Source: Octopus vulgaris (taxonomy: Eukaryota). From it: a DNA stretch of 64,000 nucleotides. The stretch is from NCBI GenBank assembly GCA_951406725.2, contig OX597821.1, positions 16,492,001 through 16,556,000 on the forward strand, given 5' to 3'. The notes beneath the pieces are model-generated. The model worked only from the letters and a program-made list of their open reading frames with translations. It ran no database searches and was not told the origin of the DNA. The translations under genes were made by a program, and so were the position numbers. The number at the start of each line of letters is the position of its first letter. Positions within the stretch are counted from its first letter, which is position 1. Shown here piece after piece: positions 52,481 through 64,000 of this stretch.

Positions 52481-53590
52481 GGAATATAAAAAAGCATACA
52501 TATATGCTAAATTACTTAAATGAGAAAAAGAAGAGACTATAAATTACTTGTAGTTTCAAATAATTAACTCACTCTTTTTCCCGATCATCTCAAGATAAAA
52601 CACACGTAACTACATGTAATGACTTGCAACAAGACGGATTTTTTTATAAATGTTTCAGAACAAATTTCCGACGTTTCACCTCGGAATAAAATACATCGTT
52701 TGAAAGACAAATAACCACAATTTTGTCTGCTATATAGACAAATTGTCTAAAATAACTGTTTAGTTTAGTAAGAGTTTCTATTTGAAAAACAATGGTTATA
52801 ACATTTCATCAATATTGTTGTTATTATCGTTGTTGTTTTACAGGGTAATTACGAAGCTGTCATTATATTTTGCGCAGCAAAACTTCTTCATATAATGTTT
52901 AGTACATATCTTTTTATTTTAGTTATATAATGTTTGTATTTGGAAAAGAAAATGAGTTGCAACTGAGATTCGATGAGAAAATTAACATTTACTCAGTAAA
53001 TGAAAGTGAATTTTCATTGGCAAAATAAAACAGTCATACGACATAAAAAAATGAAGCAAATTGATTCAACTGAAGATAAATACTGAATTACAGAGTTATT
53101 TGTCAAAGATATCTATTACATGTTAATCTTTAGAAAACATATATTAATTTATATATAAGAGAAGACTGGTGGCTTCCAAACAATCTCGAATAAAAGAAAA
53201 GTTACAACGGCTCGGGCGGCGAGACTCAACGTACATAAACATTTAGGCCAAAATTGCCAAAAATATAAGGTCATCTAGTTTTTAACAATAATACTAAAAC
53301 GCTAGATGTTCGTTTGTTCCCGAAATATCTCAGAAATAGTATATTTTATCTTAATTTTTTACATATATATTTTCATACTTTATGCAGTAAGGTATGAAAT
53401 TTTGTTATATTTGGACCTCTATGTATTTATGTGAACGATTAAACACAATTTCTGCTTGTTGTTTCTTGAAAAAAAACATGTCTTCCGTGACGTCAACAGA
53501 CATATACACACAGAATGCAAGCCCATATAATGAATGTCGTACGTGTGCCACAAACACACGTATATTTACAAACACATAGTCTTCGCTCGC

Positions 53591-53638
<48 letters not shown>

Positions 53639-53931
53639 TGTCTCTCTATCACACTCTAAGAAAAAAACGTCGTCTTTTTGATGTACACGATATTTTAATC
53701 ATTTAGAAATATTTTTAAGTGAATGTGATTTCAAGAATGTAAGTTGTTTGTACAGTAAGTATTTATATTTTAGCTTTCTTAAAGCATACAATATTTTAAT
53801 GTTTTTTTAGTTATTTTCAAGGGAATACAATTACAAATTTTGGGGCATATTTAAAAGGTATTTTAAAGTGTAAATGACTAAATATTTCGTAAAAGACACG
53901 TTCGTAAGCTCGGTGTGAAATATTTTTTCCA

Positions 53932-54651
53932 TATGATGAAATATGTGTTAAAAAACGTATAACGCATTCAAAGCTGGAAATTGTATCTATCTTCAGTCAA
54001 AACGCTTCGCCAATATTTCAAAAGATAGACTTCTAAAATTCCGTTGCTGGGAAGCTCAGACTTCCCAGGTCACGAGAAGTCTAGTAATGATTTATTAATT
54101 TCACAGAAATTCAGCAGGTTATACAGAGTTGTATTACGGTTGTATAATATCTAAAGCTTTCTCTGGATATGTATGGCAGGAGTGAAGTGAAACACATCGC
54201 TGCGAATATACAAATTTTACGGATCGCATCCTTCCATAATATTTCCATAATAATTTATATTATTTGGTAGTGTCCCAGAAGCATGTATGTAAGAGATGTA
54301 TGCAATTAAATATTCTCCAAAATATGAACGGAAAGTATTTAATGGTTTGGGGTACTAAAACAAGAAGTAGGCCATTGCAAGGTTTGAAATCGGAAGGCCA
54401 AATAAGAATTCATTTCTATCATGTGCCAATTCTGCCATCTACTATATTCAAATAATTAAATAAATACAGAAAACAAAATATTGTTTAGAAAACAATCTCT
54501 TTATATTGCAGCTGACCCTTTCTTGGCTCAAATTTAACAGATTTATGATGAAATATGTGTGAAAAAAACCTATAACGTATTCAAAGTTGGCAAGTGTATC
54601 TATGATCAGTCAAAACGCTTCGCCATTATTTCAAAAGATAGTCTTCTAAAA
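53932..54651 (+). repeat. Pair of ~107-bp direct repeats (53932-54038 and 54544-54651)
   Basis: TATGATGAAATATGTGT...TTCAAAG...GTATCTAT..TCAGTCAAAACGCTTCGCCA.TATTTCAAAAGATAG.CTTCTAAAA in both copies. Confidence 0.9.
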
Positions 54652-55175
54652 CTGCTTCCTAAAACATTCAAGTGATTTTCTTTAAGTTGATTGACAAGCA
54701 ACAAAACAAATTGATTGATATAGCCAACATAAGTATTTTTATATATCCTGGTGAACTCATTAATTTGAAGAGAAATGCACTCAACCACTTCACCTTGCAA
54801 TCAGTCTCTGTTGTTTTCGTCGCTTTAAGCTTTTGTTGTTTTAATGAATTTATTTATTGTTATGAATGAAAATTACGGTCAACTACCATTAATGAAGGTC
54901 ATATTTAATAACATCTACACGAACACACACACAAACAAATATACGCACGCATAAACATGCACACGCACAAACACACACATATATGTATATATATATATAT
55001 ATAAATCTGTATTATATTTAGATATATACACTGTTCCCGCATATGAATGTAAGCAAATATCAATTTCATTATAAAATGTTCAAATGTAGCTTTGTATTTG
55101 CGGGTGCAATAGTGCCACCTCTTTCTTTTTCTATCCCCCTTTCTGTCCCTATCGTTGTCTGTGTATATGTATGTA

Positions 55176-55234
<59 letters not shown>

Positions 55235-56102
55235 GTAAATATCGAACGATGGAAATGAGTGCTCAACATCGCATTGGTGGATATAATTCCTTTATTTGTG
55301 AATGAAGGCTTCATGTTAAGAAATGTAGAAACATATCCTACTGTTTTAATAATTCTTCAAGCCGATCCTTTATATATATATGTATATATACACCTCTCTC
55401 TCCCTCTCTCTCGTTACACACACAGGCACTTGTACATATGTATCCATGTACAGATAGACAGAGGTAGTAAATACATAAACCAATTTAACACTCTTCTACA
55501 TGTGTATTTTCTCATTTTTTAACGTGTGAACTACTTAAGACCGAATGTTTGAATTTCCATGTCCCCCGTTCTTGAAATGTTTTCATATAAATATCAATAT
55601 CCAATAGAAAACTATCAATAATTGTTTTCTTCGGAAATAATAATATATCAGTAATTTAGTTTATTCTGAGTTTGGAATGGATTATTTGAAATCTAACTTC
55701 ATCATTGTCCTTCTTTGCACGAAAACAATTAAATTGATACACGTTTGTTATTTAAAGCTTTATGCGGACATCAAGAACCAAATCCAAAAACAGAATTATT
55801 CAACGGCCTTATGAAAGTATATAACTTCTGAGGTCAACGACTTCAGTTCTAGTTGGTTCGAGTAAATATTATAAAATGTATAGAGTAATCCGAAGGACTG
55901 CTTTGGTACGATTGGAGAGAGCATGTCATATGTGGATTCGAGCCCCATAGGAGACCTACGACTTTTCCTAACCAAAAATGATTCTTTGGCCTAATATTTA
56001 CAAGCTATTCTTTATTTTTAATATGTACATAGAGAACCAATTCCTAAAAAAAAGAATCTCACGATCCCTGGAAGTATAAGTTTGTAAATTCTTAGGATGT
56101 CA

Positions 56103-56169
<67 letters not shown>

Positions 56170-57164
56170 CATATTGGTGGAGTGTGTGTAAGTATGTGTA
56201 TGCCTTGGATACTTTAAGTGCGAAGTGAATCGATAGTTCTCAAGGTCGACTACAGGTGACTTCTTCGAGGAAGGGAATTAAATAAACACAAATAAGAACG
56301 AACGATATTTTATTCGCCTTGTAAGAATGAAAGGCAGATTCAATCTCAAAGCACTGAGAGCTGGAAATTCGTAAGGCAATTTTAAGCTAATTTTGGATTA
56401 AGTACCAAGGCTTACGAACCATGTTTTTCAGTCTATTGTCTGGTAGAATATGAAGAAAACAAGATGGAAAGAATTTATCAATAATCTCAAACATCAATAA
56501 ATCTGCGGAGAGTTTCTGACGGTTTAACTTTAGCGACCACTTTTAAAGAGTTCACTATTTTTATACAGCATTTCATTTTATAAATTATATATATTAAGCT
56601 TATTGAATATAAAATACAAATTATGGTAGCCATAACGTTTGGATTGTAATATAATGAAGAATCTCTCTCTTTCTCTCTCTCTCTCTCTCCCTACTCTCTT
56701 TCGTTCTGTTCCCTTTTAATATTATTTCCATTGCACAAATTTTTGTGTTGTTTCTTCTTTGTTTTTAGTTGCATATTTATAACTACTAAAAATATTGCTA
56801 TTTTTATCTAATTTGTTAAATTCTAGCATTCTCTTCGGAAAAATACTGGCTTCTAAAATCATTATTGCTTATAAAACTTCCTTGTGAAGAAGCAGACATA
56901 ACAGTTTGCTTAATGAAATAGGTCTAATGCACACATATATATAGATAACTATTGCGTTATAGGTAGGATTAACAAAGAAGTTACCTATCTAGTAAGAGAT
57001 AGACATCATTTAATGTACACAGTATTAAAATAATAGCTACTGGTAGTTACATGACATGGGGGCAAAAGGCAGGTTATACGAAAATCTACCGAATTAATGT
57101 GTCCACATGGCATGAGCCTATTACTGGCTCTTGTTTTAATGCTGTGTACATTACATTATATATA

Positions 57165-57305
57165 TAGACGTAAGTAAGTGGTAGTAAGTTTGCCTCCCAA
57201 CCACATGGTTCTAGGTTCAGTTCAACTGTGTAGCACCTTGGTCAAGTTTCTTTTAATATAGCATCGGCATTGTGAGTGCGTTAGGGTTGACGGAATCACA
57301 AAGGA
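57165..57305 (+). mobile_element. SINE family A head, degraded
   Basis: CCCAACCACATGGTTCTAGGTTCAG...GCACCTTGGTCAAG. Confidence 0.7.
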
Positions 57306-57351
57306 ATCTTTTTAAACATGCATATTTATACTCACATACATATATATATAT

Positions 57352-57582
57352 ATTTCTTTACTGCCCACAAGGGGCTAAACACAGAGGGGACAAACAAGGA
57401 CAGACAAAGGGATTAAGTCGATTACATCGACCCCAGTGCGTAACTGGTACTTTATTTATCGACCCTGAAAGGATGAAAGGCAAAGTCGACCTCGGCGGAA
57501 TTTGAACTCAGAACGTAACGGCGGACGAAATACGACTACGCATTTCGCCCGCCGTGCTAACGTTTCTGCCAGGTCATCGCCT

Positions 57583-57583
<1 letters not shown>
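57352..57583 (-). mobile_element. SINE family C variant 2, full length
   Basis: Near-colinear with 42200-42428. Confidence 0.92.
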
Positions 57584-57667
<84 letters not shown>

Positions 57668-57731
57668 GTAAATGTCGAACGATAAGAATAAATGCTCAAA
57701 CCCGCATTGGTGAATATATACTTTCGTTTGT

Positions 57732-57993
57732 ACAGTTCTATATTTAAGAGATGAGGAATTATTTACATTATTTACATTTGACGGATATTTGTCTTTATCT
57801 TGTTTGTTGTTAACATAACATTTCGGTTGATATACTCTCCAACCTTAATCAAGTGCCTTGGGGAAATGAGAACCAAGGTTCGAAATTTTCCCAAGACACC
57901 GGATGAAGGCTGGAGAGTATATCAACCGAAACATTCTATTAAATAATAAGCAAGATGGCAAATATCCGTCAAATGTAAATAATGTAAATAATT
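57732..57993. mobile_element. Palindromic mini-element with a hammerhead-like motif in each arm
   Basis: 35-bp perfect outer inverted repeat (57757-57791 / 57959-57993); pairing continues inward to ~57867/57886; flanked by TTTCGTTTGT direct repeats (57722-57731 and 57992-58001). Confidence 0.85.
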
Positions 57994-58104
57994 TCGTTTG
58001 TGCTTTCCAAACTAGAGATGAACACCTTTCTCCATATAACCGGCTTAAAAATTTGTTAAAACACAAAGATGAAACCAACTGTAAATTTAATTCACAAATT
58101 AAAC

Positions 58105-58352
58105 AATGTGTATGGGTATGTATGTGTGTGTATGTTTCTCCCAATCCGATGTGTGTTTCTTCCAATTACTGCTTGGCAACAAGTGTAGGCATGTTTCCAT
58201 CGGTGTAAGCTAGCGGCTCGTCAAAAAGATTCTGATTAAATAAGTACCAGGATTTTAAAAAAACAATAAGAACTGGAGCGGATTTATTCGTCTAAAACTT
58301 CTTCAAAGCGCTGCCCCACCATAGCCGTACTCTAATGAATGAAACAAGTTGA
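58105..58352 (+). mobile_element. SINE family A 3' half, degraded
   Basis: GCTTGGCAAC...TAGCGGCTCGTCAAAA...AATAAGTACCAGG...GAATGAAACAAG. Confidence 0.65.
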
Positions 58353-59895
58353 GGATTATATATATATAATGTATAATATATGTGTGTGTGTCTATGTACG
58401 TGTATACATACATATACATATGTGTATATATATGATGTATACATATATTCATATATATAAAATAGTACTTATATTTATATATATAATGTATAATATATAA
58501 TATACATGTATGTGTATCCATATATGTATGTGTATCCATATATGTATGTGTATAATTATATACATATGTATGTATGAATTATATATGCTTTTAGTCTTTA
58601 ATAAAAAAAATTTTTTCTTAGTTTTAAGACTTAGTATAAGACAGGGGTGCATAAGGCTGTGAGAGAAATTTTGGAAACATTGCCACCATTTTGGACTCGT
58701 AATTTCAACATACCGAGAAACATAAGCTTGACAGAGGCAAGGCCCGTGGGAAGCTACGAAAATATTTCACTGTTATCGATCTAGTATTTATCACTTGAGC
58801 GCACAAAGAACCATTTTGTAAAGTGGCACATTGATGCGTTGCTTTGTGAGATTATGAGTCTCAAGCGATTCATTACTGCTGGTGCAGCCATAAGAACAGG
58901 CTGATTAAACTCACCAACGACTTTGATAATTTAGAAGTCTTTGATTTCCAAAACATTAGTAAGTTAAACAGTTTAGTTTACAGTGTGTACATCAGTGTTT
59001 TCGATAAAAGGCTTTTGTGGCAGTTTGCTTTATAAGTAATTTTAGATCTCTTCCTAATTAATTAATTTTGTTATCTATACTTTCTTTTTTCCGAGCAATA
59101 TAGAATTTCCTCCAAAACATTTCATTTCGGTAAATCTTAACGTTGGAGTTAACATTTTACTCCATTTTCTTATAGAATGTTTTGTTTTGTTTTGTGATAT
59201 TTATGAAAAAAGAAATATATTATTCTACCGTTACTGTCAGAAACTGAGACATACAATAAATATTCAAGCCTTTGATGTTTCATCCCCTTTCTTTCTGATA
59301 TCCAATATTGGTAACGCAAACACTGGCAACGTCGTTAGACGATTCAAACACCGATACACTCTTTATATTTATTATCTAGCTGTTTGTTTCAAAGGATGGG
59401 ATTTCTAGTGAATTTCAACGATATTTGAACCTTATGCAATGAAGTAGCAAAGATAAAAATCACCCTTTAAATGGCTTTCTCTCATTTTCCTCACGCCGAA
59501 ATTAACATATCATTAGAGTATTGTTACAGGATTAATATTTAAACATTCAAAGGCAGCGTTCTCGGTCGACGTTGACTTTCATCCTCTCGAGATCGATAGA
59601 ATATTTATCAGTTGATTACAGGTGGATGTAATAGACTTATTCAAACTTCTCGAAATTTCTGGCTTTTTGCCAAAATTTGAAATTAATATTTAAGCATTAA
59701 TACAAATATATTCAGGGAATTTTGTCTAACTGTCGCATATCCCAGTTGACTTAATGCCCCTAGAAATGCATTTAAATATTATTCACTTGTATGTTTGATA
59801 GAGGTACAAATTCTTTTTCTCTCATCCATCTCTTCTTTTCTGAAAATATATTTGTCTCAGTGCATATTTAATTAGATAATATTTGTATATTAAAA

Positions 59896-60097
59896 TAAGG
59901 CGACAAGTTAGTTGAATATTTAGGAGAAAATGCTTTTCAGCATTAGCTGTCTTTGCGTTCTGAGTTCAGACTGTGCCGAGGTCGATTTTACCTTTCAGGT
60001 TCGATAAAATAGGTACCATTTGAGCACTGGCCTCAATGTAATGCACTAATACCTGACACGGAATTGTTAGTCCTGTGCCAAAATTTGAAACTGCCAT
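59896..60097 (+). mobile_element. SINE family C, degraded (another fragment at ~59550-59690)
   Basis: TAAGGCGACAAG...GTTCTGAGTTCA...GCCGAGGTCGATTTT...TGTGCCAAAATTTGAAA. Confidence 0.75.
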
Positions 60098-61989
60098 TTG
60101 TATATCAATAGTACATGTATATGTGTTTACAATAAAACTTAACAACATAGAAATATATAATTCTACGGATTTAGAGATTTAATTTTGCTCTTCCTAGTAG
60201 CCAGTGTATATGGAACCTTTCAGAGTAATATCTAAGAATATAGAATTAGCTACCCGCTCTTCTCAGGACATGGTGCTTACCACTTAATTGAACATTGCAT
60301 TTCCTGTAAGGCTATAAATCTCATGATTACCAACCGAACCCTTGAAAATAGGGTGTCTTGATTCTGTACACGGGAGCAGTGTTTGCTATCGATGGCTAAA
60401 TATACAAGATTATTCAACATTTTTGAGCATTAATAATGCACAGTTCTGCCATAGAAAAATACGTATTCGATGATCAGGTGTCCAAGTACAGACATACCTT
60501 AAAATACTGCATACAAGTATTTTAATATATATCTTAGCTGTAAAAGTATTTTATAAATTGTATACTGATCGATAAATTCATTACTAATTTGTTGATTTCA
60601 GATGTACCGTATAATGCCGCAAAACGCAAGATATCTCATTTGCATGATTAGTTAAGATATCAACTTATCGACATTTTGTGTTAATTTTGTCTATCCATTC
60701 ATAAGGATAAATCAGTGAAACTTGACTGACAAGCAAATTAAAGTCGACTAAAATACTATCGACCTGGAAAAAAGGTTTATTTTAAATAGCATTCTAGTTT
60801 TCATTGGTAATGTACGATATCTTACCTGTAGCCTACATGTAAGGATAATCCCGAGACGCTAAAATGTCTCCGCTTAGCTTCCTTTACTTCTGTGCTCATT
60901 TAGTTTTCTCTTTGAATTCATTGAGTTGCCTGTGTGATTTTGTAAAAACTAATATCGATTACATGCATGGCTAGAAGGACGTAAATTTTGAGGGAGGTTA
61001 CAGTCGATTAGATCGACCCCATGTAGCCATTATTTATAATTTTATTAGTATTTTATGAAACCCAAGAGGATGAAAGGCAAATATGCCTCACGTTTTGAAG
61101 TAAAAATTAATATCGTCAGCAGATTCATAAATATCGGCAAATTGGCAAACGCGGTAAAAACCCAGTCAACATCGATTAACCTAATGAGCTTCAGTTCAAC
61201 TCCACTTGGAATCGATCACATATTAATTCTTTAGAATTGTTTATTTAATAAATGAGTAAAATAAAAAATATATCATACGAGAAACTCTTATAGAATTATG
61301 CATTTTCCTTGTAAAAAATAACTTTTTAAAGAACTGATAAATATCATTATCACACAGAAAAATCTATAAATACAAATGAAGGATACACAATTATGTTATC
61401 AGCTTTATCATGATGAAAATGGCGGTCATACTGACAGAATATCGAGATGAAACTAAGTATTTAGAAATCCAAACTACTATACTTAGTAGTTTGGGTATAT
61501 AAGTTCTCATCAGTCAAGCCTATACATCTTCCATTATTGATATATTGATATACATGTACTGAATTAATAGAATATATTTCCTTCTACTCAGGAAGCGTAG
61601 TAAACTGACTGTTGACAGTGTCTTTGATCTGGTGGGGGTACAAGTGTCCTCAAACGAAAACAGAGTAAATGCTTACATCGGGGTTGGATTCTGCTTGTAG
61701 AACACCATCGCCATGATGTTGTGTTAAACCTGGCGAGAGATTAAATTTATTACATACGTAGGTTATGAAGTGATTTGAACGCAGAACCCAAGAGTCACAA
61801 TTACAGTATAGCGTTCTTTTATTTCTGTCAACCCAACATTGTATATTGGTAATTTTTTCCCCCTCTTATTTTGGCTATTTTTCTTATCGTCCAAGTAATA
61901 AATGGTGACGTTGAAATATGCGGAATGCAACCCTAGACTGCAGAAATTCGGACCTATTATCGCGATGCATTTTATGGGATGCTCAAACG

Positions 61990-62345
61990 ATTCTAGCAAT
62001 TCGTTAAGTTATGGAGATACAGGTATGGTTGCGTAGTTACAAATTTTCTTTTCCAGCTGACTGATTCTGTCTTCCTTCCCAATCGATTGCATATCAGTCG
62101 TTCGATAATAACCTCGGGTTTACCACGGAATTCAAAGTGAAAGTTAGTAAATGGCGATTGCATAATAGAGATACCTGAGCGATGATACCTTACATCTCCA
62201 GAAACTCGATGTTCATTAATATAATGCCTAAGTATCAAACGACCTTAATGCTCCTATGTATAAAATGTGTTCGTTGAACGTGTATGAATAATTCAGTCCT
62301 AGCCGCGGGCAATAACAATCCAACTGTAAATAAACCACACATATA
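61990..62345 (-). mobile_element. Frameshifted GIY-YIG endonuclease remnant, probably Penelope-like
   Basis: Adjacent ORFs give CVVYLQLDC...LYIGALR, then LRHYINEHR...RKTESVSWKRKFVTTQP (cf. VVY..C, YIG.T.R.L..R..EH, E..WI..L.T..P). Confidence 0.5.
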
Positions 62346-63859
62346 TAACATACGTATGCACACATAACTGATACTATGAGGTTATATGTGTATATGGATG
62401 TATATGCAGAGAGAGAGAGGCTGAGAAAAAATAGTGAGAAATGGAGACAAAAAGACAAGGGAGTACCCTTACATTTCTTTACATATGATTCGATGCAAAA
62501 GATTTTGTTTTCACGTCGTTATATGTGTGTGCTTTGCCACGTGTGTGTGTGCGTCAGCATAAATGTGTGTGCGAGATTTTAAACAAAAAGTAAACTCACA
62601 CACACACACACTTCCACAGGTGTATATGCATGGGCCATTTATATGACATAATTGTACGTGATTTTAATGTTAAGCTGCTGTCTTACCTATTTGACACCTG
62701 CTAATATATCATTATTTAGCCGCCAGTTTTGTTCGGGTGTTTAAGTACGAGCACCTATTATTTCTCAATCTTGCCAATTTTCTTTTCTTTCATTTTTTTC
62801 GTTTTTTTTCTTTTCTTTTCTTTTTTTTTTGTTTTGCCTGGGGCAATCGATAACTGAAACTGTGTTGCACGGAATTGCTAGAACAGTAAATAAAACTACA
62901 TCTAAACAGGATATACATCTATGATATGTATATATATATATATATACACAAATATATGTGTGTCTGTGTATGCATACTTGAGTATTTGTGTGTGTACATA
63001 CATATATTCATGTATTGTTTTATACATATATGTGCGTATGTCTGTGCGTCTGTGTGTGTGTGCGTGTGTGTTTGTGTGCGCGCGGTTATACATTGATGAT
63101 TTTTGCATATAAATAAATCATATGTTATCGATTTATAAGAACCTCGCGTGTTAAACACGGTAAGTAATAATAGTTTCATATTTCATACAATCAAAACATG
63201 CTCAAGTCGTACGAACATATTCGATGATTGAATATAGAAGGTTGAATCCTAATTATACAACCATATAGACTTTTGTTTCCTAAATTTGCTTTATAGTTGT
63301 TTCAGGGGATTCTGTGCATGCCTGAGGTCGTTTTGACGAACTAAGGAAGTGTTTGGAGGAAGGAAAGGTATATTTTTCTGAACAGAGACTTCTATAATTT
63401 ATACGAAAGAGTGGACTCGGCTAAAATCTTTAAATGTTATTACAATACATTAAATTTGTAAATTTTTGTTAGATTAAATATTGAGCCATTTCAATTTATA
63501 TTAGGTAATAAGCATTAAGCCAGCTTCAATCAGTTTAACTTCAAATCGAAACTTCATTATACTCTAGTCGTATGTGTAAAAATCGAAGCAAATTGATATC
63601 GTCTTTGTAGTATAATCCAAGTCTTATAATTGTCTCTAATATATGCACAATGTGAGGGTTGCCTGCCCAAAGTGTTTACATAATGTTGTCTTAACTCTCA
63701 TGCAAGTTTTTATATATCTTGCTATAACTGACTCCATACGTTTTGAGTAATATAAATTACTCTAGTAATTGGAGAACATTGGGAATGTGTATCATATAAA
63801 ATGCACCATCACACGGGAAATATGTCCAGTTTATCACTTCTGATTCAGAGATTTGTACT

Positions 63860-64000
63860 AGTATTTGACTGCTGCTCTACTTCATGGATCCCATTTGGAA
63901 GAAAGGCAAAGTCGGCCTTAAGGTGGGATTTCAAAATGACGCGTAAAGAACTAGAAAGAATACCACCAGTTATTTTATCTGATGTGCTAATGCTTTTGCT
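63860..64000 (-). mobile_element. SINE family C, degraded, cut by the window edge
   Basis: GAAAGGCAAAGTCGGCCT...GTGCTAATG. Confidence 0.55.

Overview
AT-rich, repeat-saturated eukaryotic intronic or intergenic DNA. I recognise the tRNA-derived SINE families as octopus-type, so the source is probably a coleoid cephalopod (inference). No intact host gene, tRNA gene, rRNA or CRISPR array is supportable; almost every ORF in the track is translated microsatellite, SINE or dead-transposon sequence. Contents: (i) three abundant tRNA-headed SINE families, called A, B and C here, with modular and swapped bodies or tails; (ii) four remnants of R4/Dong-type non-LTR retrotransposons with a restriction-like endonuclease, two of them in an (AAT)n-linked array; (iii) RTE-clade and probable Penelope-like (GIY-YIG) remnants; (iv) an internally deleted Tc1 element, a mariner-derived fragment and a complete non-autonomous Helitron; (v) many microsatellites. 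The most notable signal is three small inverted-repeat elements, unrelated in sequence (about 11.5, 13.9 and 57.8 kb), each carrying a minimal hammerhead-ribozyme fold. One has a G3-C8 swap of the conserved C3-G8 core pair. There is also a spacerless palindrome of about 1.07 kb centred on (AT)n at 15.9-16.9 kb. All alignments were made by eye, and boundaries of degraded elements are approximate.
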